From the NCBI GenBank assembly GCA_951406725.2, contig OX597815.1:177816001-177880000 (forward strand): a stretch of 64,000 nt of DNA, in the 5' to 3' direction. The position numbers and the translations under genes were made by a program. Shown here in pieces: positions 40,050-52,953 of the stretch. The DNA is from Octopus vulgaris (Eukaryota). The notes under the pieces are model-generated. The model made no database searches. It was not told the origin of the DNA and was given only the letters and a program-made list of their open reading frames with translations. Position 1 is the first letter of the stretch; every line of letters starts with the position of its first letter.

Positions 40050-40310
40050 AGGCGCATGTGTGGTTGTGTGTTAAGAAGTTCGCTTCCCTACCACATGACA
40101 CAGGGTTCCGTCTCACTGAGTGACACCTTCAGATAGTGACGTCTACAATAGCCCCTCTTCAGGTTAAGCTCTACATTTTGAGTTAAAATTCTGCCAGGTC
40201 GACTTTCATCCTTTCGGGGCCGATAGAAACGTACCAGTCAAGCACTAGGGTCGATGTCATAGATTTACCACCACTCCTGCATTTGCTAGCCTTGTGCCAA
40301 ACTTTGAAAT
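40050..40310 (+). mobile_element. Adjacent SINE fragments (family A head, then family B body)
   Basis: Consensus blocks of both families. Confidence 0.65.
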
Positions 40311-40383
40311 TAGTATAAATTATTACGCGATTTATATCGTCATAAGTAACTTCATGACACACACAAACATAAATTCTCACTAG

Positions 40384-40483
<100 letters not shown>

Positions 40484-42354
40484 TGTATATATATACATAT
40501 ATATATATATAAGCACTTACATACACATACGCAGATATGTACGCGCATGTGGGAATATAGCCGTGTAGTCTAGTAATAATAAGTTTATCATTAATTGACG
40601 TGAGATGAAATTCAAGGCATTGATTTTGGATAAAACACAATATTTACATCTAACAAGAGCCTTCCGTAGCTCAAGTGTGCGACAGCATTGATTAAAATTT
40701 GACATCTTTCTGTCTGCAGACGAGTTCTACGCCAAACTTTTAACGAACTACCATAATGTTTGATCAGAGTGTGAGATTCAACTATTATTCTTCACTGATA
40801 ACTAGAGTAGAATATAAACGGACCTAAGTTTGTTACGTACCTCAAGAAGACTAGCAAGAAAACCGTAAGGATTCTGTGAGTGTGTGTGTCTGTGTCTGTG
40901 TCTGAAGAATAAAAACCCTGTTTACTCTTCACATGGAATTGCAGCTAGAATGTTCCCCTCCATGGCACAAGTCCGGGAATGGTTGTTTTCTGATGAACAG
41001 CAGTCGCCCATGCATACCAGCCTACCCTCTCCACACCACTGATGTTATCCAAAGGTAAGGCAAAGGGGCCGATAGAGTTTAGAACCAGTGACGTCACAAC
41101 TCACTTCTACAGCTGAGTGAAGTGGAGCAGCATAAAATAAAGTGGTCTGTCGGGGTTTTCCAAATGAATAAATTAATATCGAATCCTAAACTTTACCTAT
41201 GTTTTAATTACAAAGTATTGATTGGAATATAACATCGATTCCACTGATGTTTTCAACACTGAGACAACTTGAATAATAACTATTCTTAAATCATGGCTTT
41301 CACTTCCTTTAGCCTATGAAGTATTTACACTTCAAAATATAACCAGCCTTTTCGAATAATGTCCATGGGATATTTCAGCAGTTGATACAGATTTAGATTC
41401 GTCTGTTAGAAGAAATATTTCATTTAAAGTCACAGTTATCAGATCTGGTTTTCTGTGACAGAGCAATTACTGCATTTGACAAGATACTGGCATGTTCACG
41501 ATTTATCGAATGAAAAACAAGATTCATGCAGAATTGGAGCGACACTTATTGGGGGTGATATATAATCATGCCAATAACTCACGCTGGCTGACGTCAATTG
41601 CTAAAATCATCTGCAAACATGCAAATCGTCTAAAATTAAGAAATGCAAAAGTTCCTGATCGAATATGAAATGATGTTCAGTAAACCTCGTTAAATACATG
41701 ATATAAAAGATGAAAAGAGCTCTTAAACTGGGCAATGGTATATAAATGAAAAGTATTCTTCAATAAGTTTAATTTAGAACTAGATATTTCTCTTCGAGGA
41801 TATATTTGTTTCATTAAACGTATTTAGATAAAAGCTGAGAACGAATAAATGTAGGTGTATATATCTAGAAATTGCTATATGAACTGGGTCAATATTAAAT
41901 TTAGACTAATAATAGAAGCAGTAGATTTTAGGAGATGGGTTAAATATATGAAGTTAACACTTTGAGAATTGGTGAAATAAATGTTTGAATGAAAGAAAAT
42001 GTCAATGCAACGATGTTAAGATATGGATACATTATGGAGCAGAGAGAAAACAATTGACATTTTATATCTTATAGACATTTGCTATTTATTTATTTGCATT
42101 CACCCCAGAGGGTTTCATCAAGTCTGAGACGTATCCAATATTATTTTCGATATACTAAACGAAAATATTTATATTGATACCTCAGTTTATGATACCGTCC
42201 ACAATTCAATTCAATTTACATAGATACGTTGCCTAAAATTATCACAAAAGATTTTTGCCTTTCCTAAGAATATGTTCGCAACGTAAAATGAATTACCCAT
42301 CCATTAAAGGAAATATTCTTGTCATGATTTATTTTAATCCACTACAGAAAGGTG

Positions 42355-42498
<144 letters not shown>

Positions 42499-42559
42499 TC
42501 ACGCTATAAAAATAAAACTACTGAATAATAATAATAATAATAATGATGATGATGATGAT

Positions 42560-43120
42560 GATAAATGTCCTGATGCAGTACCAGGCAGTGACTCTCATGG
42601 CTTCTGATCTTAACTGACTGGGAGTGTTATCATGTACATTTTTTTGTCTTGGTATAAGAGATGGGCTACAGCAAATATTCTGCTCAATACCACAGACTTG
42701 CTTGTCAGTTGTTTGACCTTAACCAGTTGTCCATGTCTCTTAGTGGCTGACGATATGTGCATCTCTGATCACAAACAGAAGTAGTGGGTAAGCATCATAG
42801 CCGTGTGTTGAAAGGAATTCTTGGAAGTTTGGATAATTCACCTCTGGGAACATGTGTGGTTTGTTCAACATCCTTAAACAATCCTTATTCAGTGACCTTT
42901 TGAGTGGGATGGGCTACTCGACCAGAAGAAAATTCTAACTGGGCCCCAACTGCAAGGTCATGCGCTGTTTATCTTGATATGAGATCACCATGTCACGCAG
43001 ATATGGTTGTGATGCATGTGCCTAGTGTACCCTTATCAGACAGGTAGTCATGATGGGTATACTGCGCTTCGTATATTTTACCCCAGTGTCACTTTGATGG
43101 CATGCACTGCACTCTCACTC
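42560..43120 (+). mobile_element. Non-coding retroposon-like insert bounded by (AAT)n, possibly a Dong-type 3' region
   Basis: Higher-GC 560-bp block with (AAT)n on both sides and no credible ORF; the class is inferred. Confidence 0.45.
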
Positions 43121-43154
43121 AATAATAATAATTATAATAATAATAATAATACTC

Positions 43155-43335
43155 TTTACTCTTTTACTTGTTTCAGTCATTTTAACTGCGGCCATGCTGA
43201 AGCACCGCCTTTAGTCGAGCAAATCGATCCCAAGACTTATTCTTTGTAAGCCTAGTACTTATTCTATCGGCCGTTTTTGCCGCTAAGTTACAGGGATGTA
43301 AACACATCAGCATCGGTTGTCAAGCAATTTTGGGG

Positions 43336-43421
<86 letters not shown>

Positions 43422-44317
43422 GACGGGCTTCTTTCAGTTTCCGTCTAATAAATCCACCCACAAGGTTTTGGTCGGTCCGAGGCTATAGTAGAAGACACTT
43501 GCGCAAGTTACCACGCGGTGGGATTGAACCCAGAACCATGAGGTTAATAAGCAAGCTACTTTATTCTTTTTAAAAATTGCCATAAAGGCATGACACAGAA
43601 TAACTTCCGGGCTGGACAAAGACATTGATGAGGTGAATGATGAAAAGGACGACTTATAATAAGTAGGTAAGCAAGCTACCTTTATTCATTAAATTTGCCA
43701 TGTAGGCAACACATATATAAGGTAGCTTTACGGGCTGGACACAGACATTGATGAGGCAAATGATTATGATACAATAATGATAAAGATGATGGGAGAAGAC
43801 AGAAAGCGCCCGCCGACCCTCTGCTTCTCTAAAACATTGTTCTTTAAAAACGCATATACAGAGGTATTAACCCACTTACAATTTAAAATACAATATATTT
43901 GGATTAAAAATTCCATACAATTATAAAACAATTTATACAAAAATTAGAGACGATAAACCTCTACAATACTTCCCCGAGTACTTTTCCTGCAACTTGCAGG
44001 CATCCCTGCAACCGCAATTCCGGGCTCCAAAAAAGAGTTCTATAATTCTCGTATTTACACGAGTCAATTATATGTTCACAGTACTTTCTTTCCAATACCA
44101 GAGCAGCCACCTGCGGAGGCCACTCTGGGCTGTCAAAACAAGTCGGGTTTCCCAGGACCCGACTATCCATATTATTCTCCACGAAACTGTCAATAACCCC
44201 TCACCTGAAATAGAAGAGCATATATTCTTCATCACTTTCACTCGGAGGAGCCTCAACTCCCTCACTCGGTGGAAACTTGGTAGCAGTAAGCAAGCTATTT
44301 ACCACACAGCCACTCCT
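43155..44317 (-). mobile_element. SINE family A, full length, split in its tRNA head by two insertions
   Basis: Body runs 43155-43559; the head resumes at 44287-44317 ('taagcaagctatttaccacacagccactcct'). Confidence 0.85.
43560..44286 (-). mobile_element. Two related 5'-truncated retroelement insertions (43560-43667 and 43680-44286) at the same target
   Basis: taagcaagcta occurs three times (43548, 43668, 44287). Both inserts share a ~90-bp end terminating in AATAAA on the minus strand. Confidence 0.75.
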
Positions 44318-44374
44318 ATACCTATCTAACGACATTTTAAATAACATCAGTTGTATAACGAAATAACAAATCCG

Positions 44375-44740
44375 GTCAAATTCCCCCGAGGTCGACTCTG
44401 CCTTTCATCCTTTTGGCATCGATAGATTAATTACCTGTGAAACACTAGGGCCAATGTAATCGTCTAGTCACCTCCCCCAAAATTTCAGACATTGCGTCTA
44501 TAGTAGAAAGGATTATTTATGGCCTCGACCTGAAAGAATCTTTGACGAGCAAAATGCTTAGCGACATTTCGCCCGTCGTAACGTTCTTAGTTCAGATTTC
44601 GCCAAAGTCGATTTTGCTTTTCATCCTTTCGGGGTCGAAAAATTAAGTACCAGTGAAACACAAGGGTCGATGTAATAAATTAGGTCCCGCGCCCACCCAA
44701 AAATAAATTTCAGGCCTTATGCCTTTAGTAGAAAGGATTA
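44375..44740 (+). mobile_element. Two tandem SINE family B copies followed by an (ATT)n tail
   Basis: Consensus blocks; (att)n at 44737-44844. Confidence 0.75.
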
Positions 44741-44746
44741 TTATTA

Positions 44747-44846
<100 letters not shown>

Positions 44847-45344
44847 TATCAGTAGTAGTAGTAGTAGTAGTAGTAGTTGTTGTTGTACTGGTGGTAGAGG
44901 TAGTGGTGTTGGTGTTGCCAGAAACTGTAATATATACTTACTACTTTCATAGTACAAAACGACAGAATGCTTTTAATATCTGAATAATTAATGAACAGAA
45001 TGAAAAAGAAAAGACCTCTACTATTCTTTGCATCTTTGCACTTTGAAATGTTTGAGGAATTTTAAGAATAAGTGGTCTGGCAGAGATTTACTCAATTTTC
45101 TTTTTATGTTATTTTTCGAAACGAAGTCACAATTGCAATTTTGTATATACAACGTACAACGATAGAATCACCATATGCATACAGGCATTTATACACACAA
45201 TACTCAGACACGAACATATATACAAATATATCTATTTAATATATATCTATATATACACATACATAAATGCATACATATAAAAATACATAGATGCATATAT
45301 ATATATATATATACTTGTAGGTATATGCATATATATATACGTCT

Positions 45345-45390
<46 letters not shown>

Positions 45391-45493
45391 GCGTCTTACA
45401 CTTGTATGACGTTCTATCAATGGAAAAATGGTGAATGCCATCCTTTATCTCTCTCTGTATTTATCAGTATATACGTGTATGTGTATGTGTGTA

Positions 45494-45569
<76 letters not shown>

Positions 45570-45599
45570 AGTGTGTCTGCACGCGTATGTATGCGTGCC

Positions 45600-46260
45600 T
45601 ACATTGCTGTTAGCACAACGAGCAAGAGTCTTTTTCAAAAACCTGAATTCCACTCTGGCCAACTCCCGTCGTTTTCATGATGTCTCGGACTGCGCCACGT
45701 CTTCCCTCGTCTTTCATTTACTGTTTTGCTTCACTTCCGGCATCGACTCTATTGAGACGCTCGCATGTCTCTCCCAAAATAATGGAAGCATTATGGTTAG
45801 AAACCCACATCCGCTGCTTAACCGCCACATCCTGCAAGCTTCCAATGCTGGCGCTTCTCACCTCTTCGTTTCTTTTTCTATTCCACTAAGAGATGCCTAA
45901 GTTTTAACCAAATCTAAGTCTTCTTCAAAATTTAAGTCAGTAAATTTACCCGTTCTCCGCGATATCCTAAAACTGGAACTATAGATCTCTTTCTGCATAA
46001 TGAAATTAATAACTGCAAAGAACAGAAACGGCGGAAAGATGCAACCCTGTCTCACTTCGGTAGCAGTTTCAAACATCGGTCGTACCGCTGCTCGCATTCA
46101 CGCAGCACTGCGAGTTCCTTTGCAGAAACTTCAAGGTGTTGCTACACCTGCTGGGAATCAAAGAGACTCTCAAGATATTCCAGAGTGTATCTCCGTCAAC
46201 ACTGTTAAGTACCTTCTTAAATTCATATGCTTTCCTACTCTGTCTTTGTTTTCTCAGAGG
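45600..46260 (-). pseudogene. Decayed LINE (RTE-like) reverse transcriptase fragment
   Basis: EVRQGCIFPPFLF..INFIM...TDLNFEEDL corresponds to GVRQGCILSP / DLDFADD. Confidence 0.75.
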
Positions 46261-47490
46261 TTATCTGAGAAATGATATCCTTTATTAAAAAAGCAAAACA
46301 AAACAAAACAGAGAAACATGATAGTTTGGAGATTGAGGCTGGCATAGCATGCTATTTATAGCGAATGTACAGGCCATGTAGAAGCTCGTTCGTTGAATCA
46401 TGATTAAGCTTGAAGCGGTGAAAGTGTTTCAATGTTTCTGAAGTTGGTGAAATTCCTACTGGATAATCGGCAGTATGATTTATCTTTTCAATACTTTCTA
46501 TATAAACTTAATGCCTGAGTATAATTTAAGCAATTGCAAAATAGTAACGTGTGTTAGACACATGTTGCAGGTCTCATTAACGATCATGGTAGAAAGGAAT
46601 CGAGACGAAATCATAATCAATACAGGCCAAACCACGAGCTTTTAATAGAGTTTGGTCTTTAAGGAATTTCAACTTTTAGTAAATTATTCACGCTCGTTAA
46701 CCATGATTACAATTTTGCCGGCGATACCAGAATTAATAACTATTACGGCCTAATTAGGAAGTCTCTCGCAGACATTTGAGCTTGGAGACGTAACAACCCA
46801 ATTGCATTTTCGAAATTCGAAAGAGTTTATAATATATTCTGAGACTAACCATGCATGACAAGATGCAATGCCCATGATTAGTAAGAATTGGAATGTATGT
46901 CTTCTCAATTAGGTCGAATCTGAATTAAACAAATCCGTTGCATCAATTTCTTCATTATGTCGCTGTTCACTAATAAAAAAAAGTATATCCAAGTTTTGAC
47001 GAGTCACATGTATAATAGATATTCGTAGTTTTATCTTTTTTGCAAAACTCATCATTAAGTATATAAATTAAATGTGTATATTTGTGAATGTGTGTGTGTG
47101 GATGCTGCAAAAAAGAAATGGCAGAGGAATGAGAGAATTATAAAGAACTGAAAAAAGGAAATGGTAGAGCAATGGCGGAATTATAAAGAGTAAGATAAGA
47201 ATGAAAGACCTACTCTCGTTTATGGTTTGTTTCCTTCGGTCATTGGACTGTGTCCATGCTGGTGAAATGCTCTGAAGGAATTTACTCGGACATTCGTCTT
47301 TTAAGTCCGGTACCTATTCAACCGATTTCTTTTGCCAAAGCGCTAGGTAGCGGGGACGTAAACACACAAGTAGCGGCTAACTCGACAAAAATAATTTTAA
47401 TAAAATTTCTAAATTTTATCGTTTATGGACTTACCTGTCACTTCATTAAATACATTAACACCGGCAATATATACCTATACTAATATACAT

Positions 47491-47617
47491 TATTATGGCT
47501 GCCCCCTCGTTATCGAGTATGGCCATTGCACGAAGCTTAACTGTTACTGGTGCCGTGATCGAATGTGACTTTTTAGCCCAGCTAAAGATCTACAATGTCT
47601 TGTACAGAATTGGCAAC
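47491..47617 (-). mobile_element. Short copy of the zinc-finger LINE 3' end
   Basis: Near-identical to 34929-35056. Confidence 0.75.
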
Positions 47618-48404
47618 TAATACTAATATACATACATACATGCATACATACATACACACATATATACACACATACATACATTCTTACACACATATACATG
47701 CACACACATACATACACACATACATACACAAACACACATATATATACACATATATATATATATACATACATACATACATACATACATACATACATACATA
47801 CATACATACATACATACATACATACATACATACATACATACATAAATACAATAATGAATTTAAAACGGATATAGTGCTGTAAACATTATCAGCTGCAAAC
47901 ACTCAAAGTAAGTTTTGCTTGTTCAACGGTTCGCTGCGGTGTAGCCCTTGGCAGACTACACCCTCGTTATGTTGATCGTTCGAACACCTAAAATTAACAG
48001 ACAGGTGAGACAATTCTCGCCTCCGACCCCATTAAGGAGTGATGGAAACCGATATTTCCCCATTTTTGTCACTTATCAACATCACGTACCTGAATCAAAG
48101 CGGAGACGAAGCCCCAGTCTATGGCTCTATTCTTCTTGAATGAAGTGGGAGGCGAGTGATTTGATTCACCTGTCTATGATATTCATGTGTTTCAACACCT
48201 AATGTAATGAGGCAGTTCTCCCGCAGGAGCTATGCCCCAGCCGACCAGCGAACAAACAAAACACACCTATTGAGGACGTGCGCTTGATCATGCATGCACA
48301 CGCACAACCAGAAACATACATCCATACACACACTCGCACGCACATACACACACACAAGCACGCACACACACATGCACACATATGCACGCACACACATATA
48401 ACTA

Positions 48405-48590
48405 TTATGATGGTGTGTTTACGTTCCCGTAACTTGGCGGTTCGGCAAAAGAGACCGATATAATAAGTACTAAGCTTACAAAGTATAAGGCCTGGGGTCA
48501 ATTTGCTTGACTAAAGGCGGTGCTCCGGCAGGGCCACAGTGAAATGACTGAAACAAGTAAAAAAGAGTAAAAAGAGAAAGAGTAAAGAGA
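48405..48590 (+). mobile_element. SINE family A 3' half
   Basis: 'gtgtttacgt.cccgtaactt.gcggttcggcaaaagagaccgata..aaatgactgaaacaagtaaaa'. Confidence 0.75.
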
Positions 48591-48953
48591 TACAAATTTT
48601 ATAACGATACCTTTCTATGATCATTTTCTCTTCTTGTAAGACTTAGGCTGAAGATATAAATCTTGTCAACAAATGAAATTCCGTCGCAAATATTATTTGT
48701 ATTAACATTTTGTTGATTTTAAATGTTGTTTACTTCACGTAGCACATTTCTCTCTGTTGACATATTATCAAGGGGCTAATTACGTGTATTCTTTATTTCG
48801 TTCACATTGGAGCTAATTTCTATACACTTTTTTTTCAAAAAGCAGAGATTATTTTCAATATACAGCAAATAAAAGACGCAGTTATTTGAGAATGCATGAA
48901 TATTCTACATTACTTACACTTGGTGGATATTTGCCCTCATCTTCTTTGTTGTT

Positions 48954-48999
48954 AACACAACGTTTCAGCTCATATGCCCTCCAGCCTTCACCAGGTGTC
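48954..48999 (-). ncRNA. Type I hammerhead motif (A6G) downstream of a tRNA-like head
   Basis: Reverse complement: gacac-CTGGTGA-aggct...agct-GAAA-cg-TT-gtgtt. Confidence 0.6.
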
Positions 49000-49004
49000 T
49001 TGGA

Positions 49005-49075
49005 GAAACTTCGAACCTGTGTTCTCATTCCTAATCTTGGGTTAGTACCCCGTGCTCTTAACCACTACACCATAT
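49005..49075 (-). promoter_or_regulatory. tRNA-derived Pol III A-box and B-box-like head
   Basis: Reverse complement: TGGTGTAGTGGTTAAGAGCAC.GGGTACTAACCC...GGTTCGAAG. Confidence 0.55.
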
Positions 49076-49627
49076 GTCCGTGGGCAATTATGGAGTGAAT
49101 TTTAGGGCTTATAAATCTAATATTTTCCTATCTTTTTTTAATATAGAACACGAATATTCTCTTAATATCGAATATAAAATCCTTTCAACTCTAGGAACAA
49201 GGCTTGAAATTTTGAGAAGTTCACTGATCGCTGTTATCGATCACAGCGCTCACTTGATTCTTATTTTATCAACCCTGTAGGAATGAAAAGCAAACTTAGA
49301 ACATAGAGACGCATGAAATGTTGCGAAGAATGTTTGCCCGCCATGCAAACGATTCTGCCTGTTCGCCACCTAAATACAGAATGTAGCATCATTCCTCCGT
49401 AAAATCCACAAATATTTCTGCAACACCGATGACTCTTCCTTCTGATTTGGATACAGATCTGCAACGTATTTCAGACTGCATTCCAATGTAAAATAGTAAA
49501 GCATTCTCATTTTAAAATATTTAATTTCTCTTTCTTTCTTCTTTTTAATTCCAAACACTCTCTCCCTCTCGTGCGCTTTTCTTATACATACACACACACA
49601 CATACACACACACACATACACACACAA

Positions 49628-50396
49628 ACAAGAGGGCGGACTGAAAAGTTTAGACTGGCCATGAAGAAATGATACCAGATCGATGAAATTTTGCATTGTT
49701 TCTTTCGAGGTAAACCTTGTTTGGGGCAGATTCAACTGGTTTCCTTGAACGTTTCTTAACCCAAGATTTGAGCCAGAGACGAAGAAACAATCCATGCATT
49801 GGAAACACCCCTCCTCCTCACCAGCTCCAAAGAAGGTGAAGGTCATTTTATTTGCAGGGAAGGTGATGGCCTCCGTTTTTGGGATGCAAACGGTATTGCA
49901 TTTATTGAGTATTTTCAAAAACCTTCAAAGGTGCAACACGATTAATGATGAGCACTATGCAAACCTGCTGATGCATTTGTGATAGTCTATGAAGACAAAA
50001 CACCCAGGAAAACTGATACAAGGGGTCTTGTTTCATCAGGACAATACTCCAGCACACAAGGCCTTGCTTTCAATGGCTGTTGTGTGTGACTGTGGTTTGG
50101 AACTGGTTGATCCTCTTCCTTATTCTTCTGATTTTTCTCCATCTGGTAATCGTTTGATCCCCTACTTGGAAAGAATGATTGGGTGTGAATTAGTATCACA
50201 ATGAATGATGACGTCATAACTACTGTTGCAGTCAACAGGACGAAAGCTTCTTCACAAATGTGATCCAAGCACTGCAACACCGATGGGTGAATTTTGTGGA
50301 TTTCAAGGGAGCACCACGTTGAAAAAGAAACCTCAATTGTTCAAATTCCATGAGAGTAGCTTGGTCAACCTATCAATTTTTCAGTTGACCCTTGTG
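49628..50396 (+). mobile_element. Internally deleted, decayed mariner element
   Basis: QSMHWKH..APKK, GKVMASVF, LFHQDNTPAH, PYSSDFSPS. Imperfect TIRs: agggcggactgaaaagtt / aatttttcagttgaccct. Confidence 0.85.
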
Positions 50397-50433
50397 TTTG
50401 TGTATATAAATGTGTATGTGTGTGTGGGTCTGC

Positions 50434-50474
<41 letters not shown>

Positions 50475-50480
<6 letters not shown>

Positions 50481-51345
50481 CGTGCTAAATTTAACGACAT
50501 AATTTTATGTCTCCTTTTTCAGGAACACCTTGAAGTATTGTCAAACAGTCAACGGCGTTGGAGAGCATAAAAGAGGAAACCTGAGGTTGAGAAAACCTTG
50601 GCCGACTTTGACGACAAGAAGCAATCTTAATATTGGGAAAGAATTACCTGTATCACGACGATTCATCCCAGGCATCGAAATGACTGATGCTCAATGATCT
50701 GTGAATATTGTGAAGGTTGTAAAACATGGCATGAATTGCGGCCACAGAGACTATGAAATCATAGCCTGCAGGAAAGGACACAGCAGACCCTCTCTTTCCG
50801 TCGATATGCTATAATTCGTCTGACAACTATAGGACAGATTCTTAGGCTCAATTCAGCTGTTTGAGATTGTAGTCGATCCTGTTTGGAGAGGGTTGCTACT
50901 GGAATATTATGTGTGTGACAACAGGATTGAAACCTTTGCTACACCTCAGTAAAAAGCCAGAAGTGTTTATCGGCGAATTACGACAAGTTCATTACCCAAG
51001 ATTTCTGGCCTCCTAATTTCCCTGTTTGTAATCCGATTGATTATTATATGAAAGTAGTTGAGAAAGACACCCACCGCACTACTTGCAATATCCAGACAAA
51101 GCTACTAAGAACAAGCTGGTGTTTGAAGTTCTCCCCACAGACACAGTGAAGAATACATTCACAGTTTACGAATCATCTCGAAGCCGTGGCGGAAGCCGAG
51201 GGCGGCTTCTTTGTGTAAACTGTTAACTTCAAGCCATATTTTATTCGATATTTTTGAATTTATTAAAACTACTTTTATTTCTGAATGGCATATTGTGTTT
51301 ACTTTATTTTTATGCAAACTGTCGAATTTAACACGAACACCTTGT
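50475..51345 (+). mobile_element. Decayed Tc1/maT-like DNA transposon
   Basis: QQD.., FWPPNFPVCNPIDYY (WPPNSPDLNPLD-like). TIR remnants tgttcgtgctaaatt / aatttaacacgaaca. Confidence 0.75.
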
Positions 51346-52585
51346 GTGTCTGTATGTATGATGTATGTATGTATGTGTGGAGCGGTGGGATATATGTGAT
51401 TTAAATGAATGTCTCAAGTATACATATTCACATTAAGTGTAACAAGCTATATTATTCGAAACAAAATATCTGTCTTACTGTACGAAGTGTTAATTATTTG
51501 TTTACATGGTAGTACATGAAACCTGAATTTGAATTCACAAAGCAAGATTTATTTAAGATAAATCATTATATAATTTTTTTTAATTATATTTCGAAAACTG
51601 TAAGAATATCAGGTATATAAAATCACCAGAACATTGTTTATTACTAATTTACATTTAATGCGTCAAAGATCATTAAATATTAGCACGAATTGACGCCGCA
51701 TTCATAATTAGTCATGAAGGAATTAATCAGAATCGATAAACGAAAAACATATTTGATTAATTTTAAAATCGTATAAAAATTAATGACATAGAATAATGGA
51801 AGGAAGTGCAACTTTGCAGTTAATTTTTTTTTATTGTAATAGGTAAAAATTGTTGCTTTTTTCATAAAATTTTAATAATATCCTGGGAAAATTGCTCGAT
51901 ATATGTTCCTATTTCTTCATTAACATTATTATTCATATCATTCCAAAATATTAGAGTAGAAAAGAAAGTAGCTGTGGGATAAAATACCTGACCGGTATTC
52001 AATATCTAAGATTTTGAAAAGAATTCATGTACAAGGTGGATTCATTTTCATGTTTGCCAACAGAATAAAGGACACTGCAGCATCTTAATAAATGGACCAA
52101 AACCAATCGTGTATTACTTCTCAGAAGACAGAATGTCGGGGCATTTGTAAAATGTATATAGACAGTAATGGATAATAGAAAATCTAGTGTCCCTCGTCTT
52201 CCAGTGTTACAGACATCTTTTAATAATAAAGTAGATTTGCTTCACTTGTTTTCCAATAATCCTGTCTCCGATTCATCTCATCATGCTATTTCAGTTTTTT
52301 TTTCTTTCTGCTCGATATAATGTTCCTATATCTCACTTACGCAGAATTCCTAAGTCAGTTGGTAATATAATTTCTCTGAGTGGACACTTAAGCAGTTTCT
52401 AATCTCCATAATGTTGCTTTTGCTGTCTAAACACTTCAACAAATGCTTAGAGGTGTCTTCGTTTTCAAGCAACCGAAATTTACCTCTGTTGTTCTTCTTT
52501 TCAAAACTCTGTTGAATGTTTTGGTTCACGTAAATATCGACCGGTCAAATTTGTTCCACTACATTTTAAATAATCGGAATGTTGG

Positions 52586-52953
52586 AGTAAAGATTGTTTG
52601 CCAATATGACATGGCAGTCCTGGCTTAAGACGAATGTTGCTGTAATTTGACCCCAAGAACATCGTCTCCAGCTGGCTATATGACACAATCTGTGTCCTTA
52701 TATTTTCAAACAAGGGAATGTAGTACCCCCATTCAGCTCAAAACAATATCTGTGTATCGCGATTTCCAGGTAATTTCCCTTCATCAGCACAGATATTGTT
52801 TTGAACTGAGTGGGGGTGCTAGATTCCCTTGTTCGAAAATATAAGGACACATGTGTCGTATAGCCAGCTGGAGACATGTCTCGTGAGGCTAAATTACAGC
52901 AATATTCGTCCTAAACCAGGACTGCCATGTTATGTTAGCAAATAATCTTTACT
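52586..52953. mobile_element. Hairpin element with ~165-bp inverted arms (52586-52754 and 52788-52953)
   Basis: The arms are reverse complements with scattered substitutions. Confidence 0.92.
52741..52801 (-). ncRNA. Hammerhead ribozyme forming the apex of the long hairpin
   Basis: Reverse complement: aatatctgtg-CTGATGA-agg(gaaatta)cctg-GAAA-tcgcga-TA-cacagatatt. The 33-nt spacer is exactly the catalytic core plus helices II and III. Confidence 0.85.
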
